From Eledone cirrhosa (taxonomy: Eukaryota): 64,000 bases of DNA. The stretch lies in the NCBI GenBank assembly GCA_964016885.1, contig OZ024747.1, positions 2,728,001 through 2,792,000 of the forward strand. Direction: 5' to 3'. The position numbers and the translations under genes are program-made. The notes beneath the pieces are model-generated. The model did not search any database. It saw only the letters and a program-made list of their open reading frames with translations, and was not told the origin of the DNA. This document shows positions 40,401 through 53,700 of this stretch, one piece after another (position 1 is the first letter of the stretch; the number at the start of each line of letters is the position of its first letter).

Positions 40401-40644
40401 CACTACCTAACATAATTAATGAACTCACTAAAGGTTTTTTCTCATAATTATTTTCTTTTCTTTCTTTGGGACCATCATTAGAAATTGTCCGATACTCTGG
40501 GCTTTAATCACACTTTTTTCATCTGTACAAGGCATTTTTTTTCTCTTTTGTTTTGTTTTTTCTTCTATTCGTTTTTTTTCCTAACGTTTGAAAAAGCATA
40601 TTATCATCATCATCATCACCATTATCATCACTACTACTGTTGCG

Positions 40645-40691
<47 letters not shown>

Positions 40692-40730
40692 CACTACCAC
40701 CAATACTACCACCACCACCAACACCACCAC

Positions 40731-41335
40731 CACCACTGGTGTGTATGTGTGACCACTGGTGTGTATGTGTGACCACTGGTGTGTATATGTGACCACTGGT
40801 GTGTATATGTGACCACTGGTGTGTATGTGTGACCACTGGTGTGTATGTGTGACCACTGGCGTGTATATGTGACCACTGGTGTGTATGTGTGACCACTGGT
40901 GTGTATGTGTGACCACTGGTGTGTATATGTGACCACTGGTGTGTATGTGTGACCACTGGTGTGTATGTGTGACCACTGGTGTGTATATGTGACCACTGGT
41001 GTGTATGTGTGACCACTGGTGTGTATATGTGACCACTGGTGTGTATGTGTGACCACTGGTGTGTATATGTGACCACTGGTGTGTATGTGTGACCACTGGT
41101 GTGTATATGTGACCACTGGTGTGTATGTGTGACCACTGGTGTGTATGTGTGACCACTGGTGTGTATGTGTGACCACTGGTGTGTATGTGTGACTACTGGT
41201 GTGTATATGTGACCACTGGTGTGTATGTGTGACTACTGGTGTGTATATGTGACCACTGGTGTGTATGTGTGACCACTGGTGTGTATGTGTGTCTATTTCT
41301 GTGTGTGTATATGTGACCACTGGTGTGTATGTGTG
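40731..41335. repeat. 20-bp minisatellite, about 28 copies
   Basis: Unit gaccactggtgtgtat(g/a)tgt in exact 20-bp register to 41290, plus a relic copy near 41315. Confidence 0.97.
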
Positions 41336-42989
41336 TCTATCTGGGTGTGTGTGGGGAGGGGGAGGTACATCTTCATTTATTGACGTTTGAACCATTGATG
41401 TGTCCATCATTATATTAGTTTTTCCAAATGAAATTTTTCTGCACATCATATTGAAGTCCCACATCAATATTGGTGTATTCGTTTGCAGAAACATTACAAG
41501 TAGTTTTCACTAAATAACCTACAAAATGGATTTCCTTAGTCAAAATGTAACATGTTATATTTATGAGAAATTGTTGATAAATCTATTACTTTAATCTCTA
41601 ATCAGATTTTCCTATCCACAAAGGTTGATATACAGAATGATTTATTTAGTTCTGTCTGTATCGTTATAATGTGTATAGTTATCTTCTTCTAATAAGAATA
41701 TATTAGAGCAATCGTCTTCTTATTAAATCTATCAAGTTAACAAGAATAATACTTTGATACTAAAAGTAAACAAAATCTAAGCAACAACTAGTAATTTTAT
41801 TTTTATTGATGGCAATAATGACAATAATCATTTCAGGAAGGTTCCAACATCACTGTAGACCAATGTTTTCTAAAATGAATTCTGGGAAACTTCAGTTGTC
41901 CATGAAAAAAACAACAAACAGCTGATGTTTCTATCAAATACCAAAATCTGATAAAATTAAAACAATTGTTGAGTTAAAATCTAAAAATTTGAAATGTAGT
42001 TGGCCCAAACAAAATGACCATAATAATAGTTGATCAATGTAAAGGACAGTTGAGAAAATTGGGTAAAGAACACCTAAAGATAGAAAAAAGGGGCCTGTGT
42101 TGATTACAAGGAACTGAACACTTTGACCATATTTTTCTGTCTCCATGTCCACTTTACCAGATTTTCTCGATATATAGACTTTTATTATGGTCAGTTCTGA
42201 CTAAATTCTAATACAATGTGTTCTTATATGAATACATTCTCTCACTAAAATATATTTTGTTTTATTTAATGGAAGGGCTCTTCCCACACATCTACCTCAC
42301 CTTCCTTTGGGGATACACCTTCTCTAGTCTGTCTCAGGAATAAGATGAAGAAGAAGATTACTGGGAGTCAATGGGTCATGTAAAAAAGGAGAGGAAAATG
42401 TTTAATCAGTTTCCTAAAAACTGAAGTCATTAGCATTTCTATAAATTATACAAAACAGATTTAAAATTCAATTTATTGTCAAAATTTCAATTAATATACT
42501 TCAATGATTTGCTAGAGATATAAATATTTTATAGTTGGAGAACACATGTCTTGATCTAAAAGACATTTCTTTCATTTTATATACTTCACTAATTTCATAG
42601 TTTGATTTTAAAATTTTGTAGTTTCCAAACTTTTCTAACAATTTATTTGTACCCTCCTCAGCTGGGCTTTTTAGGATGGTTAGAATATTTCACTTTAACA
42701 CCTGTAGGTATAACTTTTCAATTCCAATTACTTGTGCCAAACTAACTTTGATAGGTAAAATTGGGGGGGGGGGGGGGGGATTTTAATTTGTGTGTATGGG
42801 GGTGGGTGGGGTGGCCCCAAAACTTGAAGTGACCCTGGCCCCCTCAGTGTCTAAATCCAGCCCTGAGTATGTGTGTATGTGTAGATCTCTCTTCCTCATC
42901 ATCCACATTTTACTATAGCTTCTATAGATACACTACAGATGGACACAGGTTAAATACATTAACTTCTCTGTTGTTATTCATGAATTTTA

Positions 42990-43247
42990 CACACACATAT
43001 ATATATACATACACATATATGCACACACACATATATACATACACATATATGCACACACACATATATATAAATATATATATATATACATACATATAAATAT
43101 ATATATATATGCATATATATATATATATCTATATATCTATATATCTATATATATATGTATATATACATACATACATATATATATGCATATATATATCTAT
43201 ATATCTATATATATATATATATATACATACATACATATATATATATG

Positions 43248-43313
<66 letters not shown>

Positions 43314-43329
43314 CATATATATATATATG

Positions 43330-43375
<46 letters not shown>

Positions 43376-43398
43376 CATATCAATATATATATATATAT
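42990..43398. repeat. (TA)n-rich tract
   Basis: Direct inspection. Confidence 0.9.
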
Positions 43399-43737
43399 TT
43401 GCTTAAAAAGGTTTAAATATTCAGGCGAAATTAAATATTCATATTGCAGATCAGCCAGGAAGGTGGAGTCTGTGAGGGCTGGTGAGAAAACAGCCAACTG
43501 TTTCAGTGATGAGAGCAGCGTGCAAGAAACGATCTGATAAAGCAAAGTTTGAAGGTAGTAACAGAAGGTCATGTTGTATCAGGATATGGAATCACAGATG
43601 ACATATTCTTTTTATTCATTTTGTTGAAACAATCTATTGAGTCTTGCCTTTTCCCCAAGGAGGAAGATCAACATTTCAGTTATGTCCAGAGAAAAGTAAT
43701 AATAATAATAATAATAATGATGATAATGATAATGATG

Positions 43738-44124
43738 CTTTCTTTATTAACCACAAGGGTTTACAAAAAGTAGACATTAAGGACAGTACAGGACAATACA
43801 GGACGGTACAAATGGGCATTTCTGCATGTAAAAAACAAAAAAACAGAGTATGTAATAAAAGAACAATGAAAAATTCCCCAATAGGGGGGAGACTTCCGAG
43901 GGCCATCGGGGAGAAAGCCCATTAATAATAATAATAATGTTTTCTTTATTAACCACAAGGGTTGACACAGAGTATAACATTAAGGACAACACAGGACAAT
44001 ACAGGACGGTACAAATGGGCATTCCTGCGTGTAAAAAAAAAAAAAAGAGGATGTAACAAATAAAAAAGGAAACAATGAAAAATTCCCTAATAGGGGGGAG
44101 ACTGCCAAGGGTCACTCGTGGAGA

Positions 44125-44125
<1 letters not shown>
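43738..44125 (-). mobile_element. Two tandem 3'-end fragments of a non-LTR element (Tx1/L1-like 3' UTR?) within (TAA)n
   Basis: Copies 43738-43924 and 43940-44125 both end in ..ttaataaagaaa and match 49577-49853. Confidence 0.65.
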
Positions 44126-44173
<48 letters not shown>

Positions 44174-45217
44174 TGAAAATAAATAATATTAATAATAATT
44201 CAACTGTTAACAATTAAATCTGTCCTGTGATTGAGTTTTCGAAAAGACAATTGAGGAAATTATTTGTAACCGTTGAAAGAATTCAATTATTAGTATTCTC
44301 TAATTTGTTATGACAGAAACAAAAGATCATAGGATATACCTAACCTTTGCTTGTTTGAGGGAAAAAAGAGAGTAATAAACCTATAATTATTAGTGACTAT
44401 GATAGCTGTGATAGTATTTTGATGATAATGACAAGGAGGATTATATTCTGCATGTGAAAAGACTCAACTGTATCATACTACATGTGAATGACTCATTCTC
44501 TGCCTCCAACCTTGTTGCCTCAGCAGCAAACCCAGACACGGACACATGTAATGCAGATAAGAGGGTGATAAACAAATACCAGGGCTTGTCATTTTTGTAC
44601 TGGTCACCGTCAAGCCCTCTGCTGTCCTTGATCCCCACACTGTCAATTGGAAAGTCAGAGGGCCCACCTGAGGTAGAAAACCAGTGAGGCTGGATGGCTG
44701 TGACAGTGAGTACTACTAGCCATTCTCTGTGGCAATGCCTTCACCATTCTGTCTGTATGTCATGCCAGAATCACCACTCATGCTGGGATGTAGAGTTTAT
44801 CCCTCCACCTCTCCCTTTCTATCATTGCTTAATTCTCTTTTTTTTTTGTTTTCCTTACCCTTTTTTCTTTTTATATTTCATTGATAGTAAAACAACCTAC
44901 ACATTCCCACACATGTAAACAGAGTCCCAACATATACAATACATGTTGATTCTAGTTGATTCTGCACACCACACAATCACTCGCCATCTCTTAGTACTCA
45001 CATTGCTGCCAGGTAAGAGAAGGACAGAACATTCAATGTCTTCAATAAAGTAGAGAATATTGTTACTGGCAGCAAAGCAAATATATTCTTCTTCTTTGCC
45101 CACTTATTCTTGAGAGGGTTGTAGGGGGCAGAGTCCTTAAACACTCCTTTCAGTGGGTCCTCTGTAGGGGGACTGGGGCAATTGCCCCCTTTGCCTCCCA
45201 TTAAATCTGGCCCTGAC

Positions 45218-45432
45218 TAGGGCAGTGGGTTGGTAGAGTCTTTTTAGAGTCAGATAAATGCTTAAAAGTATTTATCCCAGCTCTTTAGCTTCTGAGGTCA
45301 AATCTCACTGAAGTTAATTTTGCCTTTCATCCTTCTGGGGGAGAGGAGTAATAAAATAAAGAACCAGTCATGTACTGGGCATGATGTAATCAACATTCCA
45401 CCTCTTCCAAAATTACTGGCCTTGTGCCTAAA
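45218..45432 (+). mobile_element. Degraded SINE (Meta-domain-like)
   Basis: gcctttcatccttctgggg..aataaaataaagaaccag..ggccttgtgcctaaa. Confidence 0.7.
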
Positions 45433-45462
45433 GAAATCATTACTACTACTACTACTACTATA

Positions 45463-45538
<76 letters not shown>

Positions 45539-45936
45539 TACTTACCTTCAGTGTATACATAGTAATCAGATTTTGATGTCAAATTTAGTGGTAAAAAAGT
45601 GAAATTGACAAGTCATTAAAGTCCCTGGAGAATAAGACAAATTTTAAGCTTCCAAATAACCAAACTTATTTCCTTGTCGCATTTGTATCTCAAGACTATT
45701 AATATATAGATTGTCATCAACAAAGATGCACTTTGATAAAATAAAGTACAATAAATGTATATATTTAAAAACCAAATTTGTTTTCGCTCTAACATGGTGG
45801 ATACACAAATGCATTCATGAGTAAATGATAATAATAATATTAATAATATTATTATAATATTATTAATATTCATTAATGAATGCATGTATATAGTTACATG
45901 TACTTAAATAGAATTATCATTTTAGATAATCTTAAT

Positions 45937-46121
45937 TGTTTCTACTTTAGGCACAAGGCCAGCAATCACCCAGTGCATTACTGGTACTTTATTTTATCGA
46001 CCCCGTAAGGATGAAAGGCAAAGTCAACCTCGGCGGGATTTGAACTCAGATCGTAAAGGGACGTAACTATGCTGGAAAGCATGGCGTCCGCCCCTCTACC
46101 GATACTGCCAATCCACCGCCC
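45937..46121 (-). mobile_element. Young full-length SINE (Meta-domain-like) with perfect 22-bp TSD
   Basis: tatcattttagataatcttaat at 45915-45936 and 46122-46143. Confidence 0.93.
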
Positions 46122-46588
46122 TATCATTTTAGATAATCTTAATATGAATAAAAACAGTCTAACAATAAAAAAATTATAAATACAAAAAATAATTATTTTG
46201 AGATTTCAATAATTTGTTGTTCTTTATAAACATGGAACTGAAATTAAACTGTGAATGATTTTGATTATTCTCAGTTATGCATATCATCATCATCATCATT
46301 TAACATCTATTTTTCGACACTTGCATGGGTTAGCTGTATCATCCATGTTATGAGAGAAGTCTGGCTAGTTTACCATGCCACAACTTGCTCAAACGGAACC
46401 GTATTTTGGCTGGGTTGTTAACAATTGGATGTCCTTCCTAACACCAACTACGTTTACGGTGTGTAATTCCCCCTATCATATATGTCTGTTCTATATATAT
46501 AATAATAATAATAAATGTGAAGACTAAAATCAAAAGAGGGCTCGATAAAGATAATATATATATGAAAATATATAAAACCATAGAGCAA

Positions 46589-46681
46589 ATATTTATTAAA
46601 ATAATAGATTAAAGAATCGCTGCTTTCACCCTTTAAGGTGAAATCAGCGATTCTTTGCTTAAACTTTAATCTGTTATTTTA

Positions 46682-46689
<8 letters not shown>
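46589..46689. repeat. About 100-bp hairpin
   Basis: atatttattaaaataatagattaaagaatcgctg..tttcacc / ggtgaaa..cagcgattcttt..ttaatctgttattttaataaatat. Confidence 0.8.
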
Positions 46690-46726
<37 letters not shown>

Positions 46727-47836
46727 TGTGTGTGTGTGTGACCATTATCAACCCTTTCATCTGAAGTCCCCCCCCTCCCCCTCGTACCCTAATATATTGT
46801 CATCCACCTCATAGTCCTGGCCAATAGGATGGAGAAGACACTACTCTGGAGGCTGGCGAGGGAGACATGCTGGAATAGCCACTTCACCTTGCAGAACTCA
46901 CATCTGTTGGCAGCCAACTCCACTCCAAATACATCCAGTAAACTTAGATGTAGGCATAGACGTGTGTTTAAGGAAACTGCTTCACATCTACATGGTTTCA
47001 AATTCAATCCGACTGTGTGGTATCTTAGGCAAGTGGCATGTAATGTGATGTAGACTTTTAATTGATCAATAACTTGCAAGTATTTAGTAAACTGAAACTC
47101 TGCAGAATCCAGTTGTGTGTCTGTGTGTGTTTATGTATGCCAGTTAGTTGATATATGTTCTGTTGTGCAAAAATAAAATAAAACTTGTTCATTCAATAAA
47201 CAGAGATCGATAGAATAAATACTGGGGTCGATAAACTAAAATCCAATCATTGAAACCCATAAAATATTAAAATTAAAATAAAACAAACAAATTAATATTT
47301 TTACCCAGTATATTTCAAGGTTAATACCCACTTTTCAAATGTAAAAACAAAAACTGTGCAAAACAAAACTAAAATCCATAAAGCAATTATTCAGAAAACG
47401 TGTTGATATTGTAATTGATTTTACTAAATATGACTGAAACAATAGATACAACTGTATTCTGAATTCAAACACATTTAAGTTTCATACCAAAATGATTCTA
47501 TATGACCTCTTCTAGTTTCACGATAATATATAATCTATCACTCTAGTATGAAACATTGATATCTATGTAAATATGTTCAAGTTCAATTTAGTGTAATCTG
47601 TAACATGGTAATCTAGATTATGATAGCTTTGTGATTCAATTCCTCTGAGTAGTGCTGTTTGCTTTTTCCATCTATAAAAGCTGGCATGGCTTTGAGGATA
47701 AAAATTTCATCTCACAACTATGTGTTTAAGGGTTTACTCCCACTATCGAGTACCTAGGACAAGTGTTTTCTGCAATAGCCACAGGTTGACCAATGTTTTA
47801 TATCTATTATGAAGAACAAAAAGAGGTTTCACATTT

Positions 47837-48058
47837 GGTTTTCATGAATTAGGCTCAGTTGTGAACATTTCACAGATGAGTGACTCAGGATCCATATTTG
47901 TGTTATAGACATGACTCCAGCCACAACCTGCTCATGAAATTCTGGTTTTGCTTGATTAACAAGTCTGATGAGCAGATTGGGGCTGAAGTTGGGTCAAATA
48001 TGAATCCTGAGCCACCCATCTGTGAAATGTGTGTAACTGAGCCTAATCAATAAAAACC
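47837..48058. mobile_element. Palindromic MITE-like element, diverged
   Basis: attaggctcagtt..catttcacagatg..ctcaggat versus atcctgag..catctgtgaaatg..aactgagcctaat. Confidence 0.6.
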
Positions 48059-48688
48059 TCAATGAGCTCCTCAAGGAACTTCTACACATTAAAGTCCGGA
48101 AGTAATATTTTTCAACTTTGCCAAATTTCAATAATGGGTCCTGAAGACAAAACTAATGTAGGTTCATTCAGAAAATAATTATGCTTTTAATATGGTAAAT
48201 AGAAATTGAAGAATCCTATGTAGCCAGCTGCTCTACAGAATTATGGTCCTAGGTTAATACAATAGATACTGAAGAGAAAGTTTTACACTAGCATTTCCAT
48301 TTTCATGTATGAAATAAACTGAAAGATTTATACCCCCAGAAGAATATGTCTGAAGGAATGCCATAATGCATTACAATGGCCAGCTATTGAAAAATTTGTA
48401 AAATGATTAGTATTGACATGTAGAAGGATGAAGATTTTACTTTTCATACATGATGTATTACGAGAAAAATTCATCTAACTGTGTAGAAAGATATGTTGGA
48501 ATTCAAGTAGAATATTCTTGTCAATAAACTTATTCACAAGTATTAAATTATGGTATCTCACTAAATCAGCAATTGTGAAATCTGATAGAAAATTAGATGA
48601 TATATATGAAAGGCAAAGAATATTACTTTTAAGGAGCAAAAAATATATTTTTCGAAGATTGATATTTTATTACTCTCTATAAAGATCA

Positions 48689-48740
<52 letters not shown>

Positions 48741-48749
48741 TGATCTTAC

Positions 48750-48813
<64 letters not shown>

Positions 48814-49576
48814 TGATCTTATATATATATGTATATATATATATATATATATGTGTATATGTGTGAGTGTAAATATATGTTCATGTGAGTGCAAGTATAT
48901 GTGTGTGTATGAGTGTGTGCATCCAAAGTATAAAGTATAAAATAAGTTGGTGAATGAAATAGATAAAGTGTACTGTACAGATATTAGTATATTTTTTGTC
49001 ACATAATACTTGAGTTTTGAGAGAGAAACATTTCACACTACAATGCTAGTTGGTAAATAAAAAAAACATGTTCTGATTCAGGCACATATCTATAACATTG
49101 AATTGAATTACTTATGTGAAGCTTATATTAATTTTCAACTTGAAGCAGTATAGGATTGGTATATGATAGAGTCAAAATATGATATATAATCTCTTTTGTT
49201 TGAACTTAGAAGTATTATAGAAATAATCGACAAGTTCCCAGACCTCATTCACTTACTGAATGGAGTGGAACTTATAAAATGGGACCAATTTTCAATTTTT
49301 CTTTCCATTGCTGATACTGTCTACTGGTTGCATTTCTTGGCAGAAAGAGCAATGGGAAATAAAGTGTCTTGTTAAAGGATATAACACATCACCTGGGCTG
49401 GGTATCACACTCACAACCTGATGATTATTTGAGTGGAATTTAGTAGATGGAGACTGTATGGAATTTCATCTCATATATATATGTGTGTGTGTGTGTGTGT
49501 TCTGCTGAGTAATGTGGGTATATATTCAAAGTGTATTCAGTTTCAAGTAGTTAAGAGGTGGACCTATAGATAATGC

Positions 49577-49853
49577 TTTCTTTATTAACTGCAAGGGTTT
49601 ACACAAAGTAGACATTAAGGACAGTACAGGACAATACAGGACGGTACAAATGGGAATTTCTGCGTCTAAAAAAACAAAAAACAGAGGATGTAACAAAAAA
49701 AGAACAATGAAAAATTCCCCAATAGGGGGGAGACTTCCGAGGGCCATCGTGGAGAAAGCCCATTACAAAAAGCTACGGTGACCCTGACCACCAGGGCAAG
49801 AGCCCTCTCCCAGTTTTCCACCTTCAATTTACAGGCATATACTCAGAGTAGGT
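49577..49853 (-). mobile_element. 5'-truncated non-LTR element 3' end with 14-bp TSD
   Basis: TSD cctatagataatgc at 49563-49576 and 49854-49867. Confidence 0.85.
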
Positions 49854-51501
49854 CCTATAGATAATGCAAAGTAAAAGAAGAATCTCTTTTTCTTCTTTTT
49901 TTCTTTTGTTTTTGTAAAACTGATACAATTTTTGAAATTTTCAAATTAGTGACATATTGACTGTATATTTCTGTTATAATCTCCAAAAATATTTCCTATT
50001 TACTCTTTTATTCTATTTCTACATGTATTCTCAAGGAGGTTGAGGAGTATAACTCCTGTAATTCTCTGTTATTCATACTAAAATGTTTGTAGTTGTATTC
50101 AATAATGATATGTCATTTAAATGTTTTTTCACTTTATTTCTAAAGTAATTTCCATAACTGCAGACTCAAATTCTTTTCTTTGATTGAAACTAAACGTTCA
50201 GCTGCTCTATAGTCATGAATGTTGGTCTTTAAAAGATATACAGAAACATAGACAATTCTTAAGCCATATGTTTAACAATGTAACTTGCTAGATGAAATCT
50301 AATGGAACAAATTTCGTTTTAACTTACTTTTTGTTTCCATATTTTTTTGCCATTTTCCTACATGATAGTAGCATGGAAATACTATGTATTTGTTAGAGCT
50401 AAACAAAGAAGAAGTGAACATCTATCTTCTTCATTTAACAAAGGATAGTTGAGTAAACACTATGCTAAGGCTAGCTAGAACACTTTGAAATGTAGATCTA
50501 AAGATATATAACAAAATATAACTATATAGATACCTACATATATATATATATATATGTATGTGTATATATGTATATATATGTGTGTGTGTGTGTAAGAAAG
50601 ATAAGATGCGTAAAGAATAAAGTAATTAAAATAATTGTTGTTTGACGGAAAAATAGGATTATGTATGCCCTGTGAGAAGACATTCTGATGAAGGATGTAA
50701 CTGAAATACTCATGTTTAAAGAAGGACCTTGGGGAATACCTTGGAATGTGCTAGAAAATCTTACATGAATGTATTTGCATATGTATGTGAGTGTGTTTGT
50801 GTATGTTTGTTTCTTTTGCTGTGTGTGAGCAAGAACAAGAGCAAGCCATAGAGAAAAGAAATATATGTAAAAGGAAAATGCTTTACAGAACTAAACAACA
50901 CAATAGAGAAATGAGATACACAAAGCTGGTCCCATCAGGCAGAACATTAATAAAGATGAGTTTTTAGAAAGAGGATAAAAGGAATGGTAAACAGTGGTAC
51001 ACAAGTTTCAAAAACAGTGAGGTGTAGCTATGTTTACAAGAGAAGAATAATCACTTCTAATTAGTTGTTTACAAAAGTTAATTTTGAAGATATTTAATTA
51101 CATTTATATATTTATTTTCTTATTTACTTGCATATTTTCCCTCCTAATGATCTCTATATTTTAAATGCCAAACAACATTGTGAAAATACTCATCTAAAAT
51201 TAATAGCATGCATGATATAGCAACAAAAAGGATGAGATTTCACTGTTTGAAAATTATATAAAACTAACTAAGATGGTGACTCTGTATCATGAAAAGGTTT
51301 CTCTAATAACGAAATCATTCATTTCACTTTTTTATAGAATAAATTTAAATATTTTATAATATATGTTTAAAAATTAAATATGATGTTAAAATATAAACAC
51401 AATTATTTCTCTTGATATTGTAACATAACTTTCTTAATTACTATATCATATTAGTTAATTCCTGTCTAACCTTTACTTTCTATCTGACCTTGAGTCTTTA
51501 G

Positions 51502-51643
51502 GAAGCAACATCTGGTGTGAATAAAGAAGAGGAACATATGTTGATGGTTCATAATCACTTTAATGAAATACCAACTATCATAAATGCTGAAAGTGGGACT
51601 GGCTGGAATGAAGAACATGCAGTACATTATGAAACCTTAGCAG
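51502..51643 (+). CDS. Candidate internal exon of an unidentified gene (EATSGVNKEEEHMLMVHNHFNEIPTIINAESGTGWNEEHAVHYETLA)
   Basis: ctttag acceptor, CAG|gtatgg donor, open in phase 0 to phase 1, non-repetitive. Confidence 0.55.
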
Positions 51644-51737
51644 GTATGGATAAGAAATAGTTTTCTATTATTGTCAACTTAAATTTAAGTGAAGGATTTT
51701 GAAATCTGGGAGTACATAGGATGTGTGTTTATATAAT

Positions 51738-51838
51738 AATTGTTTCTACTTTTGACACAAGGCCAGCAATTATTCCAGTGTATTACTGGTACTTTATTTT
51801 ATCGACCCCGTAAGGATGAAAGGCAAAGTTAACCTCTG
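51738..51838 (-). mobile_element. 5'-truncated SINE (Meta-domain-like)
   Basis: Family 3' motifs. Confidence 0.8.
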
Positions 51839-52269
51839 CAATAATATTTAAAATATATTTATTAAAAAAAACTTTAACTGGATACATAAAATGTTTTATT
51901 GTATTGTGAGTACTTTTCCTGTAGTGCGTAATAGTGCTACCTACTCTACGTTGTATATATTTGTAAGTCCTGGGGTTTTGGTTATGTATCTGTCTGTATG
52001 CTTTTTTATTATCATTTCCACGCCATCAGCATGGAGTTTGCTACTCACGAGTGTGAGCCTCACAAGCTGGAATGGGTCTTCTAAAGCATCTCCATCACCA
52101 TCGTCCAGGGAAATGTCTTTTCTATTCTGTCTGCAAGGGCAGCCAGCACATGGGCCCCCATTTGCTTATAATAGTGAGAGATGGGGAGAGCAAGAGAGAG
52201 GGAGGCAGTGACTGTGAGAGATGGGAAGAGCAAGAGAGACATAGGCAAAGAGAGAGAACATCAACACTT

Positions 52270-53661
52270 ATTTATTAGTACCACCTTACATTCATAGCAC
52301 CTATTATTATAGGGATTCTTTCTATTTTCATTCATCACATTCAGGTCAGTTTTCTCTCCAGATTTTTATATTTGATAATTTTTCCATTTCCTTGTAAGAT
52401 TATATTGTTGTCTTTGAGGATAGATACATCAATTATAAGGCATTTCTTTTCTTTGTGGCCTTTGACTACAATATCTGCTCAATTGGCTTTGATCTCCCTG
52501 TCTGTGTATATTGATAAATCCCAGTGTATGCTTGCTTTGTTATGCTCTGACACCCTTTCTCGTGTATGCCTGTATCATCTTTTTTCTATCAGTATTTCAT
52601 AATGCTGTAAATAAATTCCACTGTATATAAATCCCAACTTTGTCATATTTACAGATGTATCTTTGTTGATAGCCAAAAACAATGCGGTTATTTATTTCTT
52701 CAAAAACTCTGTATATTTACAGTAACTTACTGCGTAATATCTACTCTCAATGGTTTCTTGTGGAGAGGCTTTGATCTTATGTGGCAATTAGGAATCCTAT
52801 AGTATCGGCTTTGAGTTCAGTGCTGCTTAGAGTTGTGAATTTTCCTTGTCAACTCCTCACTATTCAACTTTTTGGTGTATTGTCCATGTAGAGGTTTGTC
52901 TTGCCATTGTTTAAGCATAGCTTGTTAGAGATCTATTTTCAATTTAGATTTTTGCCTTTTTCCATTTTCTATGTTGATACTTCTAGATTTTGTTTTTAAT
53001 TATCTTCATAACAATCTCTCAATTCAACTTCTGTTTTGAATTAATCGACTTTCTTGAAGACAGAAATCAGATATTTTTTTGTATTTGTTCATATTTCATA
53101 GCTTTCTTATTAACTACTCATCGTTCTTCATTTGGCATTTTTGTAGTTCTACAGTGAATATTTTTTAATAGTTTTCTAGTTGCATGAGATCTCAACCCCA
53201 CTGTGTTCAGGGTAAGTATAATATTTCTATGTTTCACTCTAAATACAGTTATTATTTTTCCTGTGTTTTCTGTCAAGTCATGCAAGTTCATTTTGTGTTC
53301 AGTTAAGAATATAAAAATGTAGCTTACAACTGGGACAGCTAGAGTATTTATACCTATTACTTTATTCTTTACATTTAGTTCTGTCTTAAGTAGTAATCTA
53401 ATGCACCTAACTATACCTTTGTAATATTTTCTTTCCTTTGTGTATGTCTGACACTGCTTAGTTAATGGATTCCTATGTCTGTGATTGATATAATTTTTTT
53501 ATATCAGTTTCTTTATTTACTATAAGTTAAGTATTAATAACTAGTTTTCCTCTGCAGAGTGGCCTTCACACATTTTTCTAAATCAATTTCATAATTATAT
53601 CTTTTGGAAATCTGTGTATTGTTTGCTGTAATGTTTTCAATTCTATATAGTCTGTGGCATA

Positions 53662-53662
<1 letters not shown>
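52270..53662 (-). pseudogene. Old, heavily degraded R4/Dong-like retrotransposon (RT C-terminus to RLE)
   Basis: Remnants LLKTELNVKNKVIGINTLAVPVVSY and WDLSIYTDREIKAN*ADIVVK..CLIIDVSI..IPIIIGA. Confidence 0.8.
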
Positions 53663-53692
<30 letters not shown>

Positions 53693-53700
53693 GTTGTTAT

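Noticed and set aside
41836-42150. Coding-looking unique stretch after tttcag
   Set aside because: Stops in all + frames; - strand ORF has no recognisable domain
50684-50712. ctgatgaagg..ctgaaatac hammerhead-like remnant
   Set aside because: Stems cannot be formed; too degraded to call
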